From assembly GCA_963735035.1 (NCBI GenBank), contig CAVTJJ010000004.1, forward strand, positions 928,001 through 992,000: 64,000 bases of DNA. Reading direction: 5' to 3'. Origin of the DNA: an uncultured candidate division Zixibacteria bacterium. Its GTDB lineage: Bacteria > Zixibacteria > MSB-5A5 > GN15 > FEB-12. Made by a program: the position numbers and the translations under genes. Of the stretch, positions 9,068 through 18,033 are shown one piece after another. How positions within the stretch are numbered: the stretch's first letter is position 1; each line of letters opens with the position of its first letter. Under the pieces are notes generated by a model, which saw nothing but the letters and a program-made list of their open reading frames with translations, was not told the origin of the DNA and made no database searches.

Positions 9068-11491
9068 ATGAAGCGACTGATCAACTTAGCGATGACGGCC
9101 GCTTTGATAGCGGTGGTGTCGGGGTCAAGTGTAGCCCGAACGAATTTCGAGCGCGAAAAGAGTATTAGTCAGGCGGCCACTCCTTATCCGGCCTGGTGTA
9201 GCGTGAATCACGATATAGGCAAGATCGGATTTACCATCAGCAACGACGGCACGTTGGGCAATCTGAATTACGGAGAATGGACTGTCGACTGCTTCACTGG
9301 AAAGCCGCTTCTTCAGGGCGAGTACCCAATAGGCAGTAATAACATGTATTTCTGGGGCGGGGCTCTCTGGATCGGCGCTGTTGTGGGAACCGATACTCTG
9401 GTCTCTACCGGCGCCGATGGCTGGGCCGTAAGAGGCAGTGAGCTCAATCCCGATTTCTATGAATACGGTGGGGGGATGCAATACCGCTCCACGATCGACC
9501 CAGATAAGCCTACTTTTGAAGGAGCGATATCCGAGCAGGATTACATCGCTGTCTATCGCGACACCTGCAAGTCTTGTCAAGGGGGCGAAATAGATGAAAT
9601 AGAACATCGCGCTCACATCCCGATTAACATTGAAGTCACCCAGCGTTCTTTCGCCTGGAGCTACCCGGTCGCCGAAGACTTCATCCTTATAGATTATTCG
9701 ATCAAGAACATTGGGAATAGACCCCTGGAAGATCTGTACATCGGCTTGTTAATGGATCTGGATATTCATGACCTGTTCAACCAAGGAAATGGTGCTCTAG
9801 ATGATATTTCCGGACTCTGGTCTGGAACATATTCAGCGTCCAACGGATCAGGATGTCAGACTTCGCTTGATGTCGAGATGCCCTGGAGCGCCGACAACGA
9901 CGGTGATCTTAATCAGCAGACTCCCGTGTGGAACACGGTGCCTCATGTCTCCGGGATTCGACTGCTCGACATGGGAGGAAACGCCCCTCAGACCACTTTC
10001 AACTGGTGGGTATCAAACAATAATAGCCCTCAATACGACTGGGGGCCGATGCGGCGAGTCAACCCCCGTGATTTCAGTACTGGTGGTATGGGAAGTCCAT
10101 CCGGCGACAATAACAAGTACTACCTCCTCAGCAATGGTGACCGTGACTACGATCAATACAGAACGGCCACAATTCCGGCGGACGATTCGATCTGGTTGCC
10201 GCCCCCGGTTGATGGGGCACAATTATGGTCTACAGGTCAGGACACGAGGTATCTGGTTTCCAGCGGCTCAATCAATCTGGAGCCGGGGCAGTCCGTGCCG
10301 CTGACTCTGGCTTTCGTGTGCGGCGAGAACCTGCACTCCAGCGGCGCCAATTTCCTTAATCTGCCGTACAATCCCGACGCCTACTTCGCGGGCCTCAATT
10401 TCAGCGATTTCATTTCCAACGGCGTTTGGGCCGGATGGGTATATGATAATCCCGGTATTGATACCGATAGCGATGGCTACGCCGGCCAGTATCAGCTATG
10501 TGGCGACGATACGCTCTGGTACAAGGGTGACGGTGTCCCCGATTGGCGCGCCGCGTCAAGGCCTATGGCTCCGGTTACCTGGGTTGAGCCGCGAGATCAG
10601 GCACTGTATGTTCGCTGGAACGGCTTCCAAAGTGAAAATCAACTTGATTGGGCCAGCCGCCAGACGAACTTCGAAGGGTACCGGTTGTATTTGTCCACCA
10701 CCGGGGTTGCCGGGAGTTTTGCGGCCATTGGCTCCTATGACATAGAAGACTATTACCGCTACTATTGGGATTTCGACCGTTCGAACTGGACCCGCTCTCT
10801 GGGACGCTTGACTCTGGAGGAGTCGCGATGTCACTATGCTCCTTCCGGCTGCACCGATCAGTCGTGGTATCCACTGGATTTCACGAGACAGGCGCCGTAT
10901 GTCATGCCCGGTTTTCCCGATTCACTGTTCTACTTCGAGCCCGTTATGACCAACTCGTCCATATTTGGTTTGGAGACGCCTTTTCTCAAGAGGTTCCCCA
11001 ACGCCCCTTGTCCAGGCTACGGAAGTCCTTCCGATGTTCCGTCGGATTCGACGGACGTATATCTTACCGAGGATGGCTTCTTCAAGTACTATGAATACGA
11101 AATGCTCCTCGAAGACCTCATTGTCGGACAGCCGTATTGGGTATCGGTAACGACGTTTGATTTTGGTTCGATGGCGGCCGGAGCCGCACCGGCTGAATCC
11201 CCGATCCTTGGAAACTCCTTGAAGCGATGGCCGGCCGGTGATTGCTGCAATGGTACGGTCGGCAATGTCAACTGTGACGCTGGGGAAGAGATTGGGATAG
11301 GCGATGTGTCAGTGCTGATCGATTTTCTGTTCATCACTGGCGAACCCCTTTGTTGTTTGCAGGAGGCTGATGTCAATCGGTCGGGGGGAGCAACTCCTAT
11401 CGCGAGCGACATTTCGCTATCCGACATTTATGTGCTCATCGATTATCTGTTCGTAACCGGACCGTCGCTCGGACTGCCCAGTTGCCAATAG
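9068..11491 (+). CDS. Secreted protein with an FN3-like region and C-terminal dockerin-like domain
   Basis: Translationally coupled to the upstream gene (TAGTGATG); signal peptide; VRWNG...FEGYRLY...YWVSVTTFD FN3-like pattern; CCNGTVGNVNCD...IGIGDVSVLID / EADVNRSG...ISLSDIYVLIDYLF. Confidence 0.8.
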   Translation: MKRLINLAMTAALIAVVSGSSVARTNFEREKSISQAATPYPAWCSVNHDIGKIGFTISNDGTLGNLNYGEWTVDCFTGKPLLQGEYPIGSNNMYFWGGALWIGAVVGTDTLVSTGADGWAVRGSELNPDFYEYGGGMQYRSTIDPDKPTFEGAISEQDYIAVYRDTCKSCQGGEIDEIEHRAHIPINIEVTQRSFAWSYPVAEDFILIDYSIKNIGNRPLEDLYIGLLMDLDIHDLFNQGNGALDDISGLWSGTYSASNGSGCQTSLDVEMPWSADNDGDLNQQTPVWNTVPHVSGIRLLDMGGNAPQTTFNWWVSNNNSPQYDWGPMRRVNPRDFSTGGMGSPSGDNNKYYLLSNGDRDYDQYRTATIPADDSIWLPPPVDGAQLWSTGQDTRYLVSSGSINLEPGQSVPLTLAFVCGENLHSSGANFLNLPYNPDAYFAGLNFSDFISNGVWAGWVYDNPGIDTDSDGYAGQYQLCGDDTLWYKGDGVPDWRAASRPMAPVTWVEPRDQALYVRWNGFQSENQLDWASRQTNFEGYRLYLSTTGVAGSFAAIGSYDIEDYYRYYWDFDRSNWTRSLGRLTLEESRCHYAPSGCTDQSWYPLDFTRQAPYVMPGFPDSLFYFEPVMTNSSIFGLETPFLKRFPNAPCPGYGSPSDVPSDSTDVYLTEDGFFKYYEYEMLLEDLIVGQPYWVSVTTFDFGSMAAGAAPAESPILGNSLKRWPAGDCCNGTVGNVNCDAGEEIGIGDVSVLIDFLFITGEPLCCLQEADVNRSGGATPIASDISLSDIYVLIDYLFVTGPSLGLPSCQ

Positions 11492-11713
11492 CGGAGTATG
11501 TCGAGCAGTCAGAACGCCCGGAAAGACAATAAGTTACAAATCAGTCCCTCTATTTTGGCACTTGACCTCGCGGCAAGATGGGCCCTCAGTCCGTTTGTCG
11601 GGGGGCGTGCTTCCCAGACGCACATGTCTCTAATCATCTGGTAGTGGGTCAGTTTGAAATAGTCATGCACACACTATGCTTGACAGTTTAAGGATAGATG
11701 TTACCTTGAAGGC

Positions 11714-11977
11714 ATGAAGAAGATCGAGCACAGCAAAAAGAAACGTGACGTGAATCAGTTGGGCGCGGCCATTGTGAACGCCGCCACAAACGATACGCCC
11801 GAAGAAATTTCCCCCGTCGATCCTACTAAGAACCCCGAAGCAGTCAAATGGGGTCAGCTTGGCGGAGCCAAAGGCGGCAAGGCCAGAGCCGCCGCACTTT
11901 CTCCCCGTAGACGCAAAGAAATCGCCCGCAAGGCCGCACAGGCCCGTTGGCAGAAGCAAGCCGATTCCGGCGAATAG
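11714..11977 (+). CDS. Small basic IS-associated protein (DVNQL...GGKARA...EIARKAA family, often labelled histone-H1-like or RNA-binding)
   Basis: 87 aa, Lys/Arg/Ala-rich, GQLGGAKGGKARAAALSPRRRKEIARKAAQARW; preceded by TTGACA-16-TACCTT. Confidence 0.75.
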   Translation: MKKIEHSKKKRDVNQLGAAIVNAATNDTPEEISPVDPTKNPEAVKWGQLGGAKGGKARAAALSPRRRKEIARKAAQARWQKQADSGE

Positions 11978-12089
11978 CCCCGCTCTTTCCGAGTACATCG
12001 TAGAAAGCAGACTCAAGAAATCTGCATATTTTCTAATAAACTGACCGATTATGCTTGACAGCCTAAGTACAATAGGTTATATTAGAACT

Positions 12090-12950
12090 ATGAATAAGCT
12101 GACACGCGAAGAAAGAACCAGAGTGATCGCCGCCCTCGTAGAGGGCAATTCGATCCGCTCTACCGTCCGCATGACCGGAGTCGCTAAGAATACGATAGTC
12201 AAGCTCTTGGCCGAGATTGGTACAGTCTGTGCCGAGTACCATGACCAGACCGTCCGTAACCTGACCTGCAAGAAGGTCCAGTGTGACGAAATATGGTCAT
12301 TCTGCTATGCCAAGCAGAAGAATCTACCCGAAGATAAGCAGGGAGTATTGGGGTTTGGTGACGTGTGGACGTGGACGGCTATCGACCCGGACAGCAAGCT
12401 AATGATTTCATGGTTAATCGGCTGGCGTGACGCCGAATGGGCTACCCGGTTTATGAAAGACGTAGCTTCTCGGCTTGCCAATCGCGTACAGTTGACCACC
12501 GACGGCCACAACGCCTATCTGTCGGCTGTAGATGAAGCCTTTGGTTGCCAAATTGACTACGCTATGCTTGTGAAGTTGTACGGCAAAGAGGGCGGTGAAG
12601 GCCGCTACAGCCCGGCCAAATGTGTCGGAGCTCGTAAGGACAAAGTGACGGGCAAGCCGGACGAACGGCACATATCCACGTCATTCGTGGAGCGTCAAAA
12701 CCTGACCATGCGCATGAGTATGCGGCGATTTACTCGGTTAACCAATGCTTTCTCAAAGAAGATTGAGAACTTGGAGCATTCCGTTGCGCTCCACTTTATG
12801 CACTACAACTTCTGCCGGATACATCAGTCCTTGAGGATGTCCCCCGCTATGGCGGCAGGAGTCACGAAGAAGCTGTGGAATATCGAAGACCTTGTTAAGC
12901 TTCTGGAAGACCGGGAGACCGCTTCCTTAAAAGGAAGTCCGATAGTCTGA
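12090..12950 (+). CDS. IS1-family DDE transposase with N-terminal HTH
   Basis: MNKL...EGNSIRSTVRMTGV HTH; CDEIWSF, TTDG, VERQNLTMR...RRFTRLTNAFSKK motifs; ATG at 12090 follows TTGACA-17-TATATT. Confidence 0.9.
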   Translation: MNKLTREERTRVIAALVEGNSIRSTVRMTGVAKNTIVKLLAEIGTVCAEYHDQTVRNLTCKKVQCDEIWSFCYAKQKNLPEDKQGVLGFGDVWTWTAIDPDSKLMISWLIGWRDAEWATRFMKDVASRLANRVQLTTDGHNAYLSAVDEAFGCQIDYAMLVKLYGKEGGEGRYSPAKCVGARKDKVTGKPDERHISTSFVERQNLTMRMSMRRFTRLTNAFSKKIENLEHSVALHFMHYNFCRIHQSLRMSPAMAAGVTKKLWNIEDLVKLLEDRETASLKGSPIV

Positions 12951-13623
12951 CGAACACGTTTACATTCGGAAGAAGTTCATCTAACTCCTGCTTATTAAGG
13001 CAAAGGGAATGATAATGCCCATGAAGGCCAGAATTACCTAAGGCTGAGTTTGCATGGCATACATCCATGCGATAGCCATATTCTGTAGTTGGCCTAGCAA
13101 AAGTTGATATGAAGAATCTGGGGGGGATCACATCGGGGAACTCGCCCTCTGAGAGTCTACTCGTTCTTTCCAAGCCTTGACCGCCAGTCGCAATTCCTCG
13201 TATCGTTAGGTTTTCGTCTACTGCCAATCGCTTGAGGAGGGCAAGCACATATTCATCACTTTTCCCCCGTCCTAACTTCTTCTGTCGTTGGACAAACCGT
13301 ATTGCATCTCCAAACTCCATATTCGCGGATGGCCTCACCGATTTCCCGCGCAATCTACTTTTGAGTTCTCTGATTACGGAAAACTGATAGCTGACTCCGA
13401 ACAGCAGGCCAATGATTATTAATCCCTGAAACCCACTATGCGGCATAATATACCCCAGCAGGTCGCGAAATATCTGTGGTCCGATGTCCTTGTAGTCCAC
13501 CAACCAAAGCAGCGTCCAAATAACGCTGGGGATAAGGCTTGTAAGGAACCTCGTTATCTGCACGTTGGCTTGAATCCCGTAACTGGATTTTCCATGCCCC
13601 CAATATATGCTTACCCCCCTCAA
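12895..13623 (-). CDS. Hypothetical membrane protein, IS passenger (start uncertain)
   Basis: 242-codon ORF with two hydrophobic segments, convergent with and overlapping the transposase end; visibly more AT-rich than the host genes. Confidence 0.55.
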   Translation of the reverse strand: MRGVSIYWGHGKSSYGIQANVQITRFLTSLIPSVIWTLLWLVDYKDIGPQIFRDLLGYIMPHSGFQGLIIIGLLFGVSYQFSVIRELKSRLRGKSVRPSANMEFGDAIRFVQRQKKLGRGKSDEYVLALLKRLAVDENLTIRGIATGGQGLERTSRLSEGEFPDVIPPRFFISTFARPTTEYGYRMDVCHANSALGNSGLHGHYHSLCLNKQELDELLPNVNVFVRLSDFLLRKRSPGLPEA

Positions 13624-14063
13624 GCATCAATCTGCAATTTCGGACGCTATTGTAGCTCATTCCCGCCCCCTTTTTGAAACTGACCCACTACCAATCATCT
13701 AATTGGCTTGACGAAATTGGTTTTTATTCGTTTCTTTGATATTGAGAAGGACTGAACAATCGCCCCGTTCGATTGTGGCTCCATTCGAGATAGGTCGAAC
13801 CGGCGCTTGGGCTACTTCGCTTTATTGTACACACTAACGAATCACGGCACCGTACAAGTTGCAAATTGATAAGTACGATAGGTTGAACTATCGACAAAAT
13901 GGAATTCAGGCTTTGTCTGACATCAAGAGAGGAGGCGTATCTACCGATTGTGTCTGGTCGACTGTCCGCAACCTGGATCTGATCGGCGCGGCGGGATCTT
14001 TCCGAGCCGTCAGAGGCAGGCGCGCGGAAAACGAGAAGATTTACTCGAAAGGAAATTGGACTA

Positions 14064-17000
14064 ATGAAGCGACTTCTTGTACTGACATCGCTGTCGGCTC
14101 TGTTGCTATTGATGTTGTCCGCCGCGGCAGCCGCTCGTAGCAGCACCAGGGCTGACCTTGAAGACTCCAAACGATCGGCCGATATCGGCCAGTTTAATCT
14201 TGCCGGGTCTCGTCCCTTGATGGGAAAAGAAGAACCGATGTCGTCTAACCACGTCCCGGCTCAAGCCGGTCGAGTGGTCAAACGGCCGGTGGGTAGCTCC
14301 CAGTCTCCCGAGGCCGGCATTGGAGTAGGTGTGAGCGTGGCGCTCACTTTTGACGACGGACAATACGGATTTCCGATCGGCCGCCATGTCAGCCATTACT
14401 GGAATGGCGAGGTAGGCGAGACGGTTCAAGCCGGTGTGCACTTTGCCTATGAACTGTGCTCCGACACCGTGCCCGGCAATGCAATAGCTTCCCCGATCAT
14501 TTCCGGATACAACGTTTACGACGCGACCGTCACCTCAGGCAACTGGCCTCGCGGCCAGGATTTGGGCTGCGGTCTGCAATCGGCCGATACAGCGGGAGCC
14601 GGGAAGTGGGTCAATCTCGACGTTCTGGGGAACCAGAATGCCGTCATGACCGCAACAACTTCCTTCTTCCGCCCCCTCCGGCCGGCGGGCGACAATATGT
14701 TATTCTTTCAGGGGGCTCAGTTCAACTGCACTTACGATCCCCGGACTTCCCTGAACACTACTTTCATTGACTCGACCGTAGCTACCGGTTACCGGGCCAA
14801 CTTCTCCAATCCGGGCGTAGGTAACTACAGCGTCCAGCCCGAGGTTGCCACGCAGTTCAACGGCTCTACTACGATTACGCACGTGCTGATCGGTGAAAGC
14901 GAAACCGTGGCCGGTCCAGCGGGTAACGACTCTTACGTTACCGCTGCGGAGTATCGTATTTTCCAGTACTACCGTAAGACGGGTAATACGTCTGGGGGAA
15001 GCTGGGGCACCGGCAAGATCATTGATAGCGTTATGGATGTGTACGGCACCAACGGGGTCACCCTGGCAACGTCACCCAATTCCGGTAAAGTGTGCGTCTC
15101 ATACTCCAACCCGGGATATTGGGGGTGTCGTCTTGACGGCGATAATGGACAGTACGATACCGATGTCTTTTACCGTGAATCTCTTGACTACGGTCTGACT
15201 TGGAATCCGAAAGTAAACATTACGACGTACCAGAACGCGATCGCAGGCGATCCCAAGCACTACAAGGCCTGGGTCGAATCACCGGCGCTGTACGATGCCA
15301 ACGACGATCTTCATATTATTTGGACCGGCACCCGGACCTCGGCCGATCCTTATTTCGACGGCTACAACTGGAACGATTTCGACACCGATATCTACCACTG
15401 GGCCCGTTCGTCGAATGAAATTGTCAAGTTGGCGAAGGGCACTTACCTGAATGATGACATGCTGACCGGTTCCATCAACACTCTTCATTGCGGTTTTGGC
15501 GGCGTCATGTCAGGGTACATTGCCTTTATCTGGTTGTCGGAATGCGATGGCAAGCTGTATTGCGTCTGGAATCAGATGCACGAGCTGGCCAATCATGGCG
15601 ATTACACTACGACACCTTCTCTCCTCGAGGATTGTGCCTACACCGGCAGTACGCGCAGCAATGCCAACTGGGAGATTATGATGTCGGTCGCTCGCATAAA
15701 TTCTAGTTCGTTGTGGGATGCCGCCCGCCACGTTTCTGGAGCCGGAGCCGGAACTCATACTCCGAATTGCGGTCTGGCGGGTGATCCGCTGGCCGTCGGT
15801 GGCCAGTGTGGTAACGAATTCAAGCCTTCGGTCGAAAAGTATGGCTTGGATGAGACCGGTCTGGGTTTGACCTGGCCGGCCGCCTCGAAGGTTGACTTGA
15901 CCCCCGCGGGTCAGCCGGCCTACACCGGCGACTTCTACTTGAATATGGAGTACATGGACGATCAGTTCCCCGGATATTTTGTACAGGACCTGAACGGACG
16001 AAACGATGTCGGAACACTCAACTCCGAAAAGTGGGTCCGGTTGGCCTGTGTGAACCCGGTGGAAGCCTCTCAGATCAACATTTCTCCGAAGAGGCTGGAA
16101 TGGCCGCTGTGGGTGGCGCTTAATGCCAGCAATAACCTGACCATCACGGTTGTCAATGAGGGAAACGTCACGCTCAACGTTACCGAAATTGGGACCGCCG
16201 GCGGAAGCTGGCTGGACGTGAGTCAGCATCCCACCACAGGCAGCCCGTTCCAGGTTCCTGCGGGTGTTAACAACACCGCCAGCTTTGATGTGGTTGTCAA
16301 TGCGACTGGTATATCTCAAACCCAGTGGCTTGATGGCCAGGTCTGGCTGAAGTCGGATGCCGCCAACAATGACTCAATGGTGGTGCCGATTCATATTCTG
16401 GCCGCCGACAATGTCGAAGCGGTTCGCTGGGATACTGTAATGACCCACGCCAACATGTTTGACGAATTCTACGAGCCCACCGGCGAATGTATCGCTCTTG
16501 CGGTCGGTAACCTGGGCGAAGTCGGCTATGGTGCTTTCAGTCAAGGCAGTGTAAATCTTGACTACGCTGAGTCAGGCTTGGAATGTGGCACTCGCGCGCG
16601 TGACAAGCAGTACCTTATGAGTGGGACGGCCTTTACTCTTCTGGCGACCAATTCCTCGGGAGCCGGCGCCGAATTGACGACGGCATTCAACGATCCGAAT
16701 CAGGCAGACGAGGCCGGGTTCGATCCGACATCCGCCAAGGGTTCCATCGGCGGCGGTCTGGCCGTCACCGGTGACTATGACTCTACCTACACCGGTCGGT
16801 TTGTAAACAAGGATACGACTATCGCCATGGAGCGGACTGTGTACGGTCCTCGGTTGACACCGTCCAATTCAGTTATCAATTTCATGGTTGTGTATACCAA
16901 GGTGTATTCGGCCGATGGCTTAGGCCACAATCACCTGACGGTTGGAAACGCCTGCGACTTCGACGTTCCGGCCGATAGCCCGCCGAACAACAACTCGGCG

Positions 17001-17774
17001 GTCTCGACAACCGGTGGATTCGTGTACTTTCAGGGTACCGACACTACCGGAGGTACACCCTGCCAGACGAACTTGAACCGCTTCGCGACCGAAGCGTTTG
17101 GCGGCGGTTACACATCGGCCGAGTTGACCGGCAGCCCGTGCGCCAATAACACGACATTCTACGGCTCCAATTCGCTGTATCAGTTGATAATGGAGGACAC
17201 CACTCATCTCCGGAATGGTACTCCGCTGGTGCCGAGTCAGCCGAACCCGCTGGTCTGGTGGGCCGAAACCGGTATCGGCGGTACTAACGCTTCCGCACTC
17301 CAGGACACTGACCTGGCGTTGATCACGACCTACGTTCGGGATTATAACCTGGGCGCATCCGATACCCTGCACTACTGGACAATCCTGTCCACCGTGCGCA
17401 ATGGCACACTGGCCAATCTGGAGAGCCAGGTTGCCTACGCCAAGAGCTGGTATATGGGCACGGTTCGTGATTGTTTTGGCCCACCGCCTTGCTGCACGGA
17501 AAGAGTCGGCAACGCTAACGGTACTGGCGGCGAGACTCCGACGATCGGTGACATCAGCGTGATGATCGATGCCAAGTTCATCACGGGTGCCTGTATCGGC
17601 TCCGGTGCGGGCGCCAACATCGTTTGTCTAGGTGAAGCTGACATGAACCTGTCCGGTGGTCAACACCCGACCTGTGGATCCATTACGATCGGTGACATTT
17701 CGCTGTTGATCGACTGTCTGTTCATTACAGGCGAGCCGCCGTTCGTTCGCAGCACCTGTATGTCAATAGACTAA
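14064..17774 (+). CDS. Large secreted/surface protein, paralog 1 (Asp-box propeller-like region, Ig-like domain, dockerin-like tail)
   Basis: RBS GAAAGGA; signal peptide; Asp-box RESLDYGLTW; ITVVNEGNVTLNV...WL Ig/BACON-like pattern; C-terminal dockerin-like duplication. Confidence 0.85.
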   Translation: MKRLLVLTSLSALLLLMLSAAAAARSSTRADLEDSKRSADIGQFNLAGSRPLMGKEEPMSSNHVPAQAGRVVKRPVGSSQSPEAGIGVGVSVALTFDDGQYGFPIGRHVSHYWNGEVGETVQAGVHFAYELCSDTVPGNAIASPIISGYNVYDATVTSGNWPRGQDLGCGLQSADTAGAGKWVNLDVLGNQNAVMTATTSFFRPLRPAGDNMLFFQGAQFNCTYDPRTSLNTTFIDSTVATGYRANFSNPGVGNYSVQPEVATQFNGSTTITHVLIGESETVAGPAGNDSYVTAAEYRIFQYYRKTGNTSGGSWGTGKIIDSVMDVYGTNGVTLATSPNSGKVCVSYSNPGYWGCRLDGDNGQYDTDVFYRESLDYGLTWNPKVNITTYQNAIAGDPKHYKAWVESPALYDANDDLHIIWTGTRTSADPYFDGYNWNDFDTDIYHWARSSNEIVKLAKGTYLNDDMLTGSINTLHCGFGGVMSGYIAFIWLSECDGKLYCVWNQMHELANHGDYTTTPSLLEDCAYTGSTRSNANWEIMMSVARINSSSLWDAARHVSGAGAGTHTPNCGLAGDPLAVGGQCGNEFKPSVEKYGLDETGLGLTWPAASKVDLTPAGQPAYTGDFYLNMEYMDDQFPGYFVQDLNGRNDVGTLNSEKWVRLACVNPVEASQINISPKRLEWPLWVALNASNNLTITVVNEGNVTLNVTEIGTAGGSWLDVSQHPTTGSPFQVPAGVNNTASFDVVVNATGISQTQWLDGQVWLKSDAANNDSMVVPIHILAADNVEAVRWDTVMTHANMFDEFYEPTGECIALAVGNLGEVGYGAFSQGSVNLDYAESGLECGTRARDKQYLMSGTAFTLLATNSSGAGAELTTAFNDPNQADEAGFDPTSAKGSIGGGLAVTGDYDSTYTGRFVNKDTTIAMERTVYGPRLTPSNSVINFMVVYTKVYSADGLGHNHLTVGNACDFDVPADSPPNNNSAVSTTGGFVYFQGTDTTGGTPCQTNLNRFATEAFGGGYTSAELTGSPCANNTTFYGSNSLYQLIMEDTTHLRNGTPLVPSQPNPLVWWAETGIGGTNASALQDTDLALITTYVRDYNLGASDTLHYWTILSTVRNGTLANLESQVAYAKSWYMGTVRDCFGPPPCCTERVGNANGTGGETPTIGDISVMIDAKFITGACIGSGAGANIVCLGEADMNLSGGQHPTCGSITIGDISLLIDCLFITGEPPFVRSTCMSID

Positions 17775-17832
17775 GCATGTCTCTTGACTGAAGTTGAGCT
17801 GGCGAAATCGCTGATTTCGCCGGCCATGAATA

Positions 17833-17867
17833 AGCGGCCATCCCACATAGGGATGGCCGCTCTTTTT
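17833..17867 (+). terminator. Intrinsic terminator after paralog 1
   Basis: AGCGGCCATCCC-ACATA-GGGATGGCCGCT-CTTTTT. Confidence 0.85.
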
Positions 17868-17999
17868 GTGATAGCCGGCCATAAGCGGTCACTGCAATTT
17901 GGTTTTGTCGGTATTCTGGCTCTTCAACCAGAGACTTTTTCCACACGGTACGAACCCTCGCAGTGAGCGAAATTCCATCCCCCGGGGTAGATTAAGTGC

Positions 18000-18028
18000 T
18001 TGACAAACAGGCTCTTAGATGCCATTAT
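18000..18028 (+). promoter_or_regulatory. Sigma70-type promoter for paralog 2
   Basis: TTGACA-17 nt-CATTAT with an extended TG; conserved in the second copy at 22393. Confidence 0.65.
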
Positions 18029-18033
18029 TACAT

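Larger units (their letters stand above)
11640..13692 (+). mobile_element. Complete IS1-family insertion sequence (2053 bp) with accessory and passenger ORFs
   Basis: Terminal IRs GGTAGTGGGTCAGTTTGAAA (11640-11659) and TTTGAAACTGACCCACTACC (13673-13692), 19/20 match; 8-bp target duplication AATCATCT at 11632-11639 and 13693-13700; DDE transposase inside. Confidence 0.93.

Noticed and set aside
13845..13863. Sigma54 promoter before paralog 1 (CGGCAC...TTGCA)
   Set aside because: The spacing between GG and GC is 13 nt instead of the required 10.
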